A DNA stretch of 64,000 nucleotides from Patescibacteria group bacterium. GTDB taxonomy: Bacteria > Patescibacteriota > Patescibacteriia > UBA10025 > JAHIVO01. Position numbers and translations under genes: made by a program. A model generated the notes under the pieces. It was not told the origin of the DNA. It searched no databases and saw nothing but the letters and a program-made list of their open reading frames with translations. Shown here piece by piece: positions 1-8,969 of the stretch (position 1 is its first letter; each line of letters begins with the position of its first letter). The stretch lies in NCBI GenBank assembly GCA_043808365.1, contig JAZDEZ010000007.1, forward strand, positions 73,637-137,636, written 5' to 3'.

Positions 1-2205
1 AAAGGTGCTATTGGCCGGAACAGTAAATGCATCCTCTGGCTTGGGATTTGATGCAACATACCCACTACCGCCACCGCGCACATTCACGCCGGCCATATAT
101 TTCTTCCCGCCGCGTACGGAAAACGTGAAGCTGCCATCCGGCTGAAGTCTGGTTCCGCGCCACTGCCAAGAGTCATCGTTTACGTACACTTCCGCATCTA
201 GATTCGTTACTAAAAAACCATTTTGGTCCTTTACAAATCCGGAAATAGTGGAGTCATTCGCCACAAGCGTTACCTTGACAATTTTCGTTTCCCCGACAGC
301 CACGGCTACCTCCACCTCTTCTCTCAAAGAATATCCGATTCCGGCATCCGACGGCAGATTCGCGCCAACGACAAACGTGGCGCCGCCGATCAGTCTGATT
401 GTCGCCGTACCCTGGTTGATGCCAGATCCAAATTCATTTCCCGGGCCAAATCCAGCCCCTTTCTTCCTGGCATACGCATATCCGAACATGTTTGAAATGG
501 CGTTGCCATTCACGTCAACCAATTTTACCTGTAACGTTGCATCGGCCAGCTTGACGACGATATTCCCCGCGCTGACCGTTTGGTTGTCGGCGACCGCGAC
601 ATCAACTGACTTATTGTCATTCGGAATATAATTCCCTGACTGTGGCCCGTTATCAATATTCAACTGCCAGTTTCCCGGTGACACATACATGGAAAACGTA
701 CCGTCAATCCCTGACGTCGTATTCCCCCAACCGCCGCCATTCATGATCCAGGCATTTATTCTGACCCCGGATACGCCAGTCCCATTGTCCAAAACAACCT
801 TGCCGGTGATCGTTGAATTTTTTTGAGCCATCGTTATAGTACCCAGGTCTTTTGTCTGATTATCGACAACGCCGACAGGGATCGTTGCAGAATAATATCG
901 CGCATATGCCGGATTATTCATATCAGGATTCACTGAAACATTATAGTTTCCGGCCGGCACATTAACAGAAAATGAACCGTCTGCGCTGAGGCCGGTACCC
1001 AAGCCCATACCTCCATCCTTCTGGATATTCACATTTCCATTTGGCAATGGGGAACCATTAGGCAATACAACCTTCCCTTTAATTACCGCCGTTGCCTTAA
1101 TGACGGTAAATGTCAAACTTTGCGTTTCAGTGACACTATTTTGCGCAAATTCAACTGAAACCGGCGGCTGGTTATAGGCCCAATCGCAATTACCCGGTGA
1201 GTTCGTCTGCTGGTTCCATGGACAATTCACTCCGACGTCCCAGGACCCGCCAGAAACGGTTAATGCTTTTACTCCGGATGAGTCCACTGTGCCACCTACA
1301 TTGCTCCCGCCGCCGCGCTTATTCGCCCAAACATTCGCATTCGTTACCACGCTTCCATTGTCATATTTTACGGTGATATTAATTGTTTTTGCCGCCACCA
1401 CGAACGAAAGATTCTTGGTGACTATCGCCCCATTATAAACAAACGAAGAAGCATCGGGAGGGACGATTCCGCTCGCTCCTTGTGGAGGGAAAAGTTCAGC
1501 AAAATATGTCTGGCCTGTCTGGAATGTGCCTCGATCAGTCACGACCGGAATTGCGTAATACCCGTTTGAATCAACGCCAGTGCCATAATTAAATGAAAAA
1601 TCCTGGGTCCGAACATTAATCCCGCCGCATTGCCTATTTGGTTCAGTCCCGACGCATGGCACGCTGCCGTCTGGATTGGTGATCTTTCCGACGACTGCCA
1701 AATTTCCGACAAACACGGGATTGGTGCTGACAATCTCATCGTCTGGCGTATACCCAACAGGATATTGGAGCATCAGCCGCAATGAATACGGCCCACTCAC
1801 GTTCGGATTCGTGACATTATTCATAGTAATGGATACGGTGCCAGAAATGTCGGCTGAGGTAACAAACGCATACGTATCAGGGTCATATGCCTCTTGGGAA
1901 ACGACCGATACGCCGCTCATACTGGCCCCGGTCACGCCGATAGAACATTGCAGCCCCTCACCACAGCCTGGACCGGTCAAATTGGAATTGAAAATTATCC
2001 TGGTACCAGTCGGTATCGTCTGGCTGGTAACGAGCGACAGCGTATACGATGTGGTCGCACTTAATACCGTTGAATAGCCGCTATCAACGGCCAATCCACT
2101 GACTCGATTATATGTCGTAGCTTGAGCCGGCTGGACGAGGAGCAGGCCGCCTAACAAGGCCACTCCCGCCAGCATGATAAATCGCCAACGCGCAATGATA
2201 TTCAT
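1..2205 (-). CDS. Large secreted surface protein (3' end lies outside the window) with a signal peptide and repeated carboxypeptidase-regulatory-like beta-sandwich modules
   Basis: Missing from the ORF track because it runs off the window. The minus-strand frame is open from the ATG (complement of 2203-2205) to base 1, 735 codons by manual translation. It starts MNIIARWRFIMLAGVALLGGLLLVQPAQA (signal peptide). Recurring modules include GKVVLPNGSPLPNGNVNI..DGSFSVNVPAGNYNV and ITGKVVLDNGTGVSGVRINAW..DGTFSMYVSPGNWQL. Confidence 0.75.
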   Translation of the reverse strand, partial: MNIIARWRFIMLAGVALLGGLLLVQPAQATTYNRVSGLAVDSGYSTVLSATTSYTLSLVTSQTIPTGTRIIFNSNLTGPGCGEGLQCSIGVTGASMSGVSVVSQEAYDPDTYAFVTSADISGTVSITMNNVTNPNVSGPYSLRLMLQYPVGYTPDDEIVSTNPVFVGNLAVVGKITNPDGSVPCVGTEPNRQCGGINVRTQDFSFNYGTGVDSNGYYAIPVVTDRGTFQTGQTYFAELFPPQGASGIVPPDASSFVYNGAIVTKNLSFVVAAKTINITVKYDNGSVVTNANVWANKRGGGSNVGGTVDSSGVKALTVSGGSWDVGVNCPWNQQTNSPGNCDWAYNQPPVSVEFAQNSVTETQSLTFTVIKATAVIKGKVVLPNGSPLPNGNVNIQKDGGMGLGTGLSADGSFSVNVPAGNYNVSVNPDMNNPAYARYYSATIPVGVVDNQTKDLGTITMAQKNSTITGKVVLDNGTGVSGVRINAWIMNGGGWGNTTSGIDGTFSMYVSPGNWQLNIDNGPQSGNYIPNDNKSVDVAVADNQTVSAGNIVVKLADATLQVKLVDVNGNAISNMFGYAYARKKGAGFGPGNEFGSGINQGTATIRLIGGATFVVGANLPSDAGIGYSLREEVEVAVAVGETKIVKVTLVANDSTISGFVKDQNGFLVTNLDAEVYVNDDSWQWRGTRLQPDGSFTFSVRGGKKYMAGVNVRGGGSGYVASNPKPEDAFTVPANSTF

Positions 2206-2256
2206 ATTATTTCCCTTATTACCCCCGAGGGGAATTAATTAATAAATTAATAATTA

Positions 2257-2280
2257 TCAAAAAAACCGCAAAAGCGGTTA
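2257..2280 (-). terminator. Intrinsic terminator downstream of gdh
   Basis: On the minus strand, AACCGC-TTTT-GCGGTT is followed by a T-run, about 160 nt after the gdh stop. Confidence 0.7.
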
Positions 2281-2442
2281 ATATTCGTTTTTATTGAAGC
2301 CAAGCTCATTTGTTATACCGAAAATTTCGGTCACCCCCATAAAATAAGCTTTATAGTTAACTTACCGGCCAAAATTGTTTATTTAACATCCTTATTATAC
2401 CAGACAATAAGCTAATGCGTCAATCACCCCACCTATTAACGA

Positions 2443-3708
2443 TTATTTGCGTTTTTTAATCGCTTCAATGATCCGACCAACCGCCAGATTATAAGTGGCT
2501 GACCGTAAATCAATCTTCTGCGATTGGGCAATGGCCCAGACATTGCCGAATTGCTTAACCATCTTTTCTTCTAACTTATTATTCACTTCCTGCTCTGACC
2601 AGTGTTCATGATCCAGGTTTTGGCGCCATTCGAAATAACTGACCGTAACTCCGCCGGCATTCGCCAAGACGTCCGGCACTACATAGACGCCTTTTTTGAA
2701 CAATATTAAGTCCGCTTCGGGCGTCATCGGGCCATTGGCCATTTCTAAAATTACTTTCGCTTTGATCTTATCGGCATTCTGGCCGGTAATCTGGTTTTCC
2801 AATGCAGCCGGAATCAGTACGTCGCCATCCGCTTCCAATAACTCTTCATTGCTCGCCTTATGATATTCTATTTCCTCACACGCCGATCCTTGGCAATACA
2901 CGCCGGCCAATTTGCCGCTGGCTTTTTTATGCACCATCACATGTTTGGGATCAACGCCGCCGGGCACGAGAATCGCGCCTTTTGAGTCTGACAATCCGAT
3001 GATTTTATAGCCATGTTCATGCAATATTCTGGCGGTATGAAACCCCACATTACCAAATCCCTGGACAATGACGCGCGTCTTGGCTGGACTTAAACCGATC
3101 TTCTTCAGCAATTCTCTAAGGACAAAAAAACCTCCCTGTGCGGTGGAATACTCTCGGCCAGCCGACCCGCCGATATCCAGCGGTTTGCCGGTAAATGAAG
3201 CGGGGGTATTTTTCCCGGCCAGCTTCGAATATTCATCCACCATCCATGACATAATTTTCGGGGTGGTATTAACGTCCGGCGCCGGGACATCCTTATCCGG
3301 ACCAATGGCATTAAAAAAAGCCTTCACCCAGCCCCGCGCCAGGCGCTCCAGTTCCGCTTCTGATAATTCCTTTGGATTCACGGTTATCCCGCCTTTGCCG
3401 CCGCCCATGGGGATGTCCACCGCCGCGCATTTTACGGCCATCAGGCAGGCCAGCGTCTTTACTTCATCCAAGTCAGCTTCAGGATGGAAACGAATACCAC
3501 CTTTATACGGCCCGCGGGCATTATTGAATTGTACTCGAAAACCGTTAAAATTTTTTGGTTCGCCAGTATCCATAATGATGCTTATCGGGCGCTCCAAAAC
3601 TGCGTCTGGCTGGCTTAGCTTATCTGCATAGGACGGCTCAGCGCCCAGGCGCTTTACCGTTTCATGAATCTTTTTCACGACATTATCAAACGAATGGATA
3701 GCATCCAT
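2443..3708 (-). CDS. gdhA: Glutamate dehydrogenase (Glu/Leu/Phe/Val dehydrogenase family)
   Basis: 421-aa ORF. It has the family catalytic motif region PMGGGKGG, KGGIRFHP and a GFGNVG Rossmann motif. Confidence 0.9.
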   Translation of the reverse strand: MDAIHSFDNVVKKIHETVKRLGAEPSYADKLSQPDAVLERPISIIMDTGEPKNFNGFRVQFNNARGPYKGGIRFHPEADLDEVKTLACLMAVKCAAVDIPMGGGKGGITVNPKELSEAELERLARGWVKAFFNAIGPDKDVPAPDVNTTPKIMSWMVDEYSKLAGKNTPASFTGKPLDIGGSAGREYSTAQGGFFVLRELLKKIGLSPAKTRVIVQGFGNVGFHTARILHEHGYKIIGLSDSKGAILVPGGVDPKHVMVHKKASGKLAGVYCQGSACEEIEYHKASNEELLEADGDVLIPAALENQITGQNADKIKAKVILEMANGPMTPEADLILFKKGVYVVPDVLANAGGVTVSYFEWRQNLDHEHWSEQEVNNKLEEKMVKQFGNVWAIAQSQKIDLRSATYNLAVGRIIEAIKKRK

Positions 3709-3740
3709 AATACAATTTTTATAAGTTAATCTAACTAAAT

Positions 3741-4700
3741 TTATTTCTTAACACTGGTCTTCCAGTCGATCATCACGGCCGTCTTGCCGCTCTTTTGTTG
3801 GAGGTATTTGTATGCCTGCAATGCGGCCTTGCAACCTTCACCGGCGGAAATAACGATCTGTTTATAGGTCACCGTTGTCACGTCTCCGGCCGCGAAAATG
3901 CCCGGCACCGAAGTTTCATTATTCGGAGAAATGATGATTTGGTTTTGCGGATCTACCTTAACCAGGCCCTTAATAAAATCAGACTTCACCGTATATCCAA
4001 TCTCCACAAATACCCCGTCAACGGCAAAGTTGCGTACTTTTGTGGAATCATCAACATCCGTGACAATCAACGACTCCACGCGTTCCTGGCCGGTAATTTC
4101 TTTCGCGGCAATACCCGTAAATATTTCGATATTCTTTTTCCCCGACAATTGATCGACGAGGACCGCCTCTCCCTTCAATTTACCGCCGCGGCTAAACAGG
4201 TATACCTGTCCGGCAATACCTGATAGATAAAGGGCTGTACTAACGCCAGAATTCCCGCCGCCAACGACAGCCACGCGTTTCCTCTTAAAAAGCGGACCGT
4301 CACAGGTGGCGCAGTATGTCACGCCCCGGCCGATCAATCGTTCCTCGCCTGGAACGCCAAGGTGCCGATGCGACAAACCAAAAGCTAAAATGATTGTTTT
4401 GGCAATATATTCCTGGCTGGCCGTTTTTACCAGGAATATATCCTTACTTTTCTCAATTTTTTTTACCTCGTCGAAAAGGAACTCCGCGCCAAATTGCTCG
4501 GCTTGCTTGTGGAATTTTGCCATCAAATCAGGACCAGCGATCGATTCATGGCCGGGGTAATTCTCAACTATGTCGGTAATCGATGCCTGGCCCCCGATGT
4601 CCTGAGAAATCACCAATGTTTTTATGGCCCGGCGACTGGCATAGATGGCGGCCGTTAATCCGGCCGAACCGCCGCCTACGATAATTACATCGTATTCCAT
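3741..4700 (-). CDS. trxB: Thioredoxin-disulfide reductase (low-Mr type)
   Basis: 319 aa. N-terminal FAD motif VIIVGGGSAGLTAA, redox-active CATCDG and second dinucleotide motif VVGGGNSG. Confidence 0.92.
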   Translation of the reverse strand: MEYDVIIVGGGSAGLTAAIYASRRAIKTLVISQDIGGQASITDIVENYPGHESIAGPDLMAKFHKQAEQFGAEFLFDEVKKIEKSKDIFLVKTASQEYIAKTIILAFGLSHRHLGVPGEERLIGRGVTYCATCDGPLFKRKRVAVVGGGNSGVSTALYLSGIAGQVYLFSRGGKLKGEAVLVDQLSGKKNIEIFTGIAAKEITGQERVESLIVTDVDDSTKVRNFAVDGVFVEIGYTVKSDFIKGLVKVDPQNQIIISPNNETSVPGIFAAGDVTTVTYKQIVISAGEGCKAALQAYKYLQQKSGKTAVMIDWKTSVKK

Positions 4701-4714
4701 AAGTAATAAATAAT

Positions 4715-5038
4715 TTAGGCTAAAACCTTTTTTAACTGTTCGGATAATTGCGCCTTCTGCTGTAATCCGATCCCCTGCCAGACAATTTTGCCTTGCTTAA
4801 AAATCGCCAGGGTGGGGATGCTCATTACCCCATATTGCTGGGCTTTTGCAGAATTCTGGTCAACTTCCAGCTTGCCGACTTTGGCCTTGCCCTCGAAATC
4901 TTTTGCGACTTGCTCAACAATCGGTCCCTGCATCTTGCACGGGCCGCACCACTCAGCCCAAAAATCGACGAGCACCGGTTGCTCTGACTTGATGACTTCT
5001 TGTTCGAAATTTTGATCGGTGAATGTAATTTCTGACAT
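4715..5038 (-). CDS. trxA: Thioredoxin
   Basis: WCGPC active site and a typical ~107-aa length if translation starts at MSEITFTD (ATG is the complement of 5036-5038). The ORF-track start at 5101 adds 21 Asn/Ile-rich residues and is probably too long. Confidence 0.9.
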   Translation of the reverse strand: MSEITFTDQNFEQEVIKSEQPVLVDFWAEWCGPCKMQGPIVEQVAKDFEGKAKVGKLEVDQNSAKAQQYGVMSIPTLAIFKQGKIVWQGIGLQQKAQLSEQLKKVLA

Positions 5039-5290
5039 AAAAATATTGTTATTAATAATCAATGCATTAACATTGTAAATGTTTATTACCAATTTGTCCA
5101 AACACGACTCGCTACTTGTTTTGATGGTGTGATTGACGTTGACTTTGGCCGTTTCGGAATAGACCCTAATCTCTAAACCCTTAATTTTGGACAGATTTAA
5201 AATCCCAATAATCGAAATTTAAAAACAGATAATATTTAAACCAGCTTGGAACACTATATTTTTGAACAAATGTCGTAAAACTGTCCAGCC

Positions 5291-5605
5291 TTAAGTTGCC
5301 TTGAAGAGCGCCTCCACGATTTTTTCTAAATCCCCGATTGACTTCCGGCCGGAAGCGTCCTTAAAACAACCCTGCGCCTCCTGCTGCAGAACAGCTATGG
5401 CGACCTTGCGCAAAGCTTCCCGGCAAGCCACCACCTGCTGCAGTACGGACAAACAGTCTTTTTTATTGGCGATCATCTTTTCAATGCCGCCGATCTGCCC
5501 CCGGACGCGATGCAAACGGGCTTGAATATTGGTAAAGTTGCACCCCTCTATACCCCCCTTCCTCGATACCCCGGAGTTACTACTTTTTGTTTTGCCTTTT
5601 GGCAT
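5291..5605 (-). CDS. CsoR/RcnR/CstR-family (DUF156) metal- or thiol-sensing transcriptional repressor
   Basis: 104 aa. The core ARLHRVRGQIGGIEKMI..DCLSVLQQVVACREALRKV..LQQEAQGC matches the family helix bundle. Cys is present at the X and Z ligand positions, but the usual His four residues before the last Cys is Glu. Confidence 0.8.
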   Translation of the reverse strand: MPKGKTKSSNSGVSRKGGIEGCNFTNIQARLHRVRGQIGGIEKMIANKKDCLSVLQQVVACREALRKVAIAVLQQEAQGCFKDASGRKSIGDLEKIVEALFKAT

Positions 5606-5634
5606 TAGAAATTAGTAATTAGTCATTTACCAGC

Positions 5635-5651
5635 ATACTCCCCCCCAGTAT
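5635..5651. promoter_or_regulatory. Candidate CsoR/RcnR-type operator (ATACT-C7-AGTAT)
   Basis: A perfect 5-bp inverted repeat flanks a C7 tract 30 nt upstream of the repressor start codon. Its form is the same as the TACT-G6-N-AGTA type-1 operators known for this family. Confidence 0.6.
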
Positions 5652-5926
5652 ACCCACCTGCCGATAAACTGTCAAGCAAACAAAAAAACCCGCCTCAGTA
5701 TATACAACTAAAACGGGCTTATCAACGACTTTTTATTATTGTCTGGAATTGAGAAAAGGAAGCTAGAATCATATCCAACTTCCTTTAATAATAGCGGACA
5801 CCGTTATTCCCCGCCGAGAATTGCTAACAGGAAACCCAAGACTGGAGAAAAGTAGACTACTAAACTGGTCAGTAAATCTATGACGAGAAACGGGGACATG
5901 ATGAGAAGCAAGCGCCTATAATCCTT

Positions 5927-6352
5927 TTACTTCTTTTGATTTTGTTGAAGACTAGCCTTCATTTGTGCTTCTTCGTCATCAATGTACGGTTCGTCCATTA
6001 TGGCTTTCAGCAGCTTTTCATCTTCGACATACTTTTCAAAAACTTTATCTGCCCCAGCGTCATGCGCTTTCCGCCTATAGGCAAACGCCAGTTTGGACCA
6101 GACAAAAATCGGATTTTTATATCCCCTTCCCCGTAACCACTTGATGCAGTTCAGGCCATCATCAGGACCGTTTTTCAAATACAGCCCAATTATAAATACT
6201 GCATTATCGTAAAACTTTTCTATCCCCAAACATAGCTCAATTTTCGAATAGACATGAAAAAGTTCGTATTGTCCGGGATATCTTTCATCCAACAATTTCT
6301 TTAAACGATTGCTGTCATAATCGTTGTCGCCAAAAAGAAACACCTTTTTCAT
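5927..6352 (-). CDS. Stand-alone receiver (CheY-like) domain protein lacking the phospho-acceptor Asp (pseudo-receiver), paralog 1
   Basis: 141 aa. Pattern is MKKVFLFGDND (acidic pocket) .. VFIIGLYLKNGPDDG (Tyr/Gly where Asp57 is expected) .. IFVWS (conserved Ser/Thr) .. GADKVFEK (conserved Lys). RBS is AGAGGTG. Confidence 0.6.
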   Translation of the reverse strand: MKKVFLFGDNDYDSNRLKKLLDERYPGQYELFHVYSKIELCLGIEKFYDNAVFIIGLYLKNGPDDGLNCIKWLRGRGYKNPIFVWSKLAFAYRRKAHDAGADKVFEKYVEDEKLLKAIMDEPYIDDEEAQMKASLQQNQKK

Positions 6353-6440
6353 CTTTCACCTCTTTTGTTAAAGTTCATTTTTTTCTCTTTTTCAGCCAAC
6401 AACCTTTGTCATTAGCTGGAATAGAAAGGGAAGTCTGAAA
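6337..6440. repeat. Copy A of a ~104-bp near-identical block (first codons, RBS leader and upstream terminator hairpin of the receiver paralogs)
   Basis: It differs at about 2 positions from 6852-6955, while the adjoining coding regions have diverged to about 55-60 percent amino-acid identity. Confidence 0.85.
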
Positions 6441-6468
6441 TATCCTGACTTCCCTAGCAATGGGCGAC

Positions 6469-6867
6469 TTAACTTTCAACCACGGGCGTGGACTTGATTC
6501 CATCAATCGCGGCCAGCAGCTTTTCATCTTCGACACACTTTTCGAAAACGTCGTCAGCGCCGGCGTCTAGCGCTTTTTGTCGGTATTCGTTTGCCCACTT
6601 GGACCAGACAAAAATTGGATTCTTGTATCCATCACGCCGTAAATACTTGACACACCTGATCCCATCTTCGGGTGATGCTTTCAGATAAAGTCCAATAATG
6701 AAAATCATTCCCCGCGTTCTTTCTCCAAGCTCCATGACACCGGCAGTAAACTCCGCCACGTTATAAGCTTGGTAAAAGTCATATTGCCCCGGGTATTTTT
6801 CATTTAACTGCTTCTTAAGATAATTTAGGGCAACATCCGTGTCGTCAAGAAGAAACACCTTTTTCAT
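6469..6867 (-). CDS. Stand-alone receiver (CheY-like) domain protein lacking the phospho-acceptor Asp, paralog 2
   Basis: 132 aa. It aligns along its full length with 5927-6352 (MKKVFLLDDTD .. IFIIGLYLKASPEDG .. IFVWSK .. GADDVFEK). Confidence 0.6.
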   Translation of the reverse strand: MKKVFLLDDTDVALNYLKKQLNEKYPGQYDFYQAYNVAEFTAGVMELGERTRGMIFIIGLYLKASPEDGIRCVKYLRRDGYKNPIFVWSKWANEYRQKALDAGADDVFEKCVEDEKLLAAIDGIKSTPVVES

Positions 6868-6955
6868 CTTTTACCTCTTTTGTTAAAGTTCATTTTTTTC
6901 TCTTTTTCAGCCAACAACCTTTGTCATTAGCTGGAATAGAGAGGGAAGTCTGAAA
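6852..6955. repeat. Copy B of the ~104-bp leader/terminator block
   Basis: See 6337-6440. It includes the hairpin GGGAAGT..ACTTCCC just downstream of the stop of the 6989-7555 gene. Confidence 0.85.
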
Positions 6956-6988
6956 TTTTTCAAACTTCCCCTGAATGTGCTGCGTGGT

Positions 6989-7555
6989 TTAACTATCCTG
7001 ATGCAGAAGATCGGGAAGACTGCGGCCCGAAAAAGTATAAGTGCCATTCCTGCTATCCGAACTTCCAAATGTTATTTCGGGCATTTCGCCTTTACGCCGG
7101 CAATAAACACTTATTGACCGGTCCAAATCATTATGTTTGGCATAAATGCTCTGGCCGAGCATGAGCACCACTAAAATTGAGGCGTTTTTCAGGTGAATGA
7201 GATTGTTAACATCGACTGTCTTGCTTTCATAGTCGAGAGCCACGATTCCGCCTTCGGTCATTACCATGAAAGAATCCCTGCCGGCAATATCCCACTTAAC
7301 CAGAATAGCTTCAGTTTCATGTTCTGGCTTTCTGAAATGTACCAAGCTGCGACCCAAAACATTACTATTGAGCGAGGCTTGCATAAAGCAAACCTGGGCA
7401 TTTTTAATGCGATCTTTTTCCCGCTCAACTTCTGGCCAAATATTGATTTTTAACTGGCCGACTGACACAGCGTCATAGGCACTATTTCCGCGTCCAAAAT
7501 GTTCAAAGCGAATGCCTTCTTTGCCTTTGTCATTGGTAATTTCATAGCATTTCAT
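6989..7555 (-). CDS. Hypothetical protein, first gene of the three-gene cassette array
   Basis: ORF of 188 aa from MKCYEITNDKG, preceded by GAGGTG 5 nt upstream. The leader shares the GAACTTTAA motif with the two receiver paralogs. No recognisable domain. Confidence 0.6.
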   Translation of the reverse strand: MKCYEITNDKGKEGIRFEHFGRGNSAYDAVSVGQLKINIWPEVEREKDRIKNAQVCFMQASLNSNVLGRSLVHFRKPEHETEAILVKWDIAGRDSFMVMTEGGIVALDYESKTVDVNNLIHLKNASILVVLMLGQSIYAKHNDLDRSISVYCRRKGEMPEITFGSSDSRNGTYTFSGRSLPDLLHQDS

Positions 7556-7760
7556 TTTGCACCTCATTTTTTTTAAAGTTTTAAAGTTCGTTTTTTGATT
7601 TTAAAAAGGCTTTCTGCCTATTTGGAAGAAAGCTTGTTTCAGGCTCCCTCCCAAAAACCTTTTATTAACAATAATATTTGATGTTTATTGTTAACAGGCC
7701 AGTATATACCCGCCTTATAATCTTGTCAATAGCCCTCGACAATATTTCTGTGGATAAGTA

Positions 7761-7789
7761 TTGACGAATAAAAATAGATAATATATACT
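7761..7789 (+). promoter_or_regulatory. Sigma70-like promoter of the TrmB-family gene
   Basis: TTGACG, 17 nt, TATACT. It is followed by the inverted repeat ATGTCG-N11-CGACAT (7794-7816) just before the start codon. Confidence 0.6.
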
Positions 7790-7818
7790 AATTATGTCGT
7801 CGAAGAATATCGACATTT

Positions 7819-8571
7819 ATGGAAATATCAAAAGAACTAGAAAAATTTGGACTAAACCAGAAACAAGCCGAGGTTTACTTAGCCTGCCTTGAGCTTGGCC
7901 AATCCTCTGTCCAAAGAATTGCCGATAAAACTGAGATAAAAAGAACCTCGGTCTATGACCTTTTACAAAACTTAATTGATAAAAGGCTGGTTACCCAGAC
8001 TATTAAGGGCAAAAAAAGGCTGTTCGTGCCCGAAGACCCGGAAACATTAAAAAAATCCATCCGCCAAAAAGAAATGGAGCTAGACGCTCTCTTGCCCCAG
8101 CTGAAATCTATGTTCTACGTACCCGGCGTCAAACCCCGGATGGAATATTATGAAGGCGTGGCCGGAGTAAAAACAGTTTTGGAAAAAACTCTTCAAAGCA
8201 AGGAAAAAACTTTAAGAAGCATTTTGCCCTTAAAAGATATTCTGGATTTGGTTGGTGAAGAATTTTTTGAGAATTTAACTCAAAACCGCATAAAAAATGG
8301 GTATTATTTACGCACGCTGAGGCCGGAAATCAAGGAAGTAGCCCAAACCGTAGAAAAATATAAATGGGGGACTAGCGTAAAAGATAAGCGTGAAGTCCGT
8401 CTGGCACCCACCGATTTCAAATTTTCCATGACTATGTATTTGTATGACGATATAGTATCCATTATTTCCTCAAGGAAAGAAAATTTTGGCATGATCATCA
8501 AATCAGAGGAATTAGCCTACAACCAGAAGGCGCTATTTGATGTGTTATGGAAAATTAGTAAATTGTTTTAA
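7819..8571 (+). CDS. TrmB-family transcriptional regulator
   Basis: 250 aa. The N-terminal winged HTH LEKFGLNQKQAEVYLACLELGQSSVQRIADKTEIKRTSVYDLLQNLIDKRLV is typical of TrmB-like regulators. Confidence 0.8.
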   Translation: MEISKELEKFGLNQKQAEVYLACLELGQSSVQRIADKTEIKRTSVYDLLQNLIDKRLVTQTIKGKKRLFVPEDPETLKKSIRQKEMELDALLPQLKSMFYVPGVKPRMEYYEGVAGVKTVLEKTLQSKEKTLRSILPLKDILDLVGEEFFENLTQNRIKNGYYLRTLRPEIKEVAQTVEKYKWGTSVKDKREVRLAPTDFKFSMTMYLYDDIVSIISSRKENFGMIIKSEELAYNQKALFDVLWKISKLF

Positions 8572-8580
8572 TTTTAAAAA

Positions 8581-8612
8581 AACAGCTCGTTTATCCAACT
8601 GCTGTTTTTTTT
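8581..8612 (+). terminator. Intrinsic terminator after the TrmB-family gene
   Basis: AACAGC-N14-GCTGTT followed by T8. Confidence 0.75.
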
Positions 8613-8661
8613 AGTGGACTCCAAGGGAGTCGTTATTCAACTACTTACCGCCTCATTCTTA

Positions 8662-8695
8662 TGGACCAAAGTGGACTTGAACCCCTGACCTCCTC
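8662..8695 (-). pseudogene. tRNA-Ala-like 3' fragment (variable loop, T arm and acceptor strand) abutting a GC-clamp cassette
   Basis: The minus strand reads GAGGAGGTC AGGGG TTCAAGT CCACT TTGGTCC A. It is nearly identical to the 3' end of the interrupted tRNA-Ala at 9149-9198. Confidence 0.6.
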
Positions 8696-8805
8696 CCCGC
8701 CTGCCGAAGCCATTGGACCGTACCGGAATCGAACCGGTAACCTCTTCCATGCCATGGAAGCGCGCTACCAATTGCGCCAACGGCCCACTGGTTTCAGCAG
8801 GCGGG
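8696..8805 (-). mobile_element. GC-clamp cassette carrying tRNA-Ala(GGC)
   Basis: CCCGCCTGCC (8696-8705) and GCAGGCGGG (8797-8805) are complementary. The inner 7-mers GAAACCA/TGGCTTC pair 6/7 and flank the tRNA. Confidence 0.5.
8714..8786 (-). tRNA. tRNA-Ala (anticodon GGC), no encoded CCA
   Basis: Manual cloverleaf: GGGCCGT TG GCGC AATTGGTA GCGC G CTTCC ATGGCAT GGAAG AGGTT ACCGG TTCGATT CCGGT ACGGTCC A. The G3:U70 Ala identity pair is present. Confidence 0.85.
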
Positions 8806-8869
8806 AATCAGCCTTTTGAGCCTGAGGCTCATAATTAACCTTATTTTATAACATTTTTCAAAATTGTTC

Positions 8870-8969
8870 CCCGCCTGCCATGCCTATTAGTAAATTTTCA
8901 TGATGTTCCACGTGGAACAGTTAGATTATATTATTGCCAATATTGATCAACTTAGCAATGGCGGGCAGG
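8870..8969. mobile_element. GC-clamp cassette with non-tRNA cargo, inserted precisely into a GTTCCACGTGGAAC palindrome
   Basis: It is bounded by CCCGCCTGCC (8870-8879) and GGCGGGCAGG (8960-8969). The flanks GTTC (8866-8869) and CACGTGGAAC (8970-8979) rejoin into the perfect 14-bp palindrome. The cargo itself holds an intact copy at 8905-8918 and TTGATCAA at 8943-8950. Confidence 0.6.
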
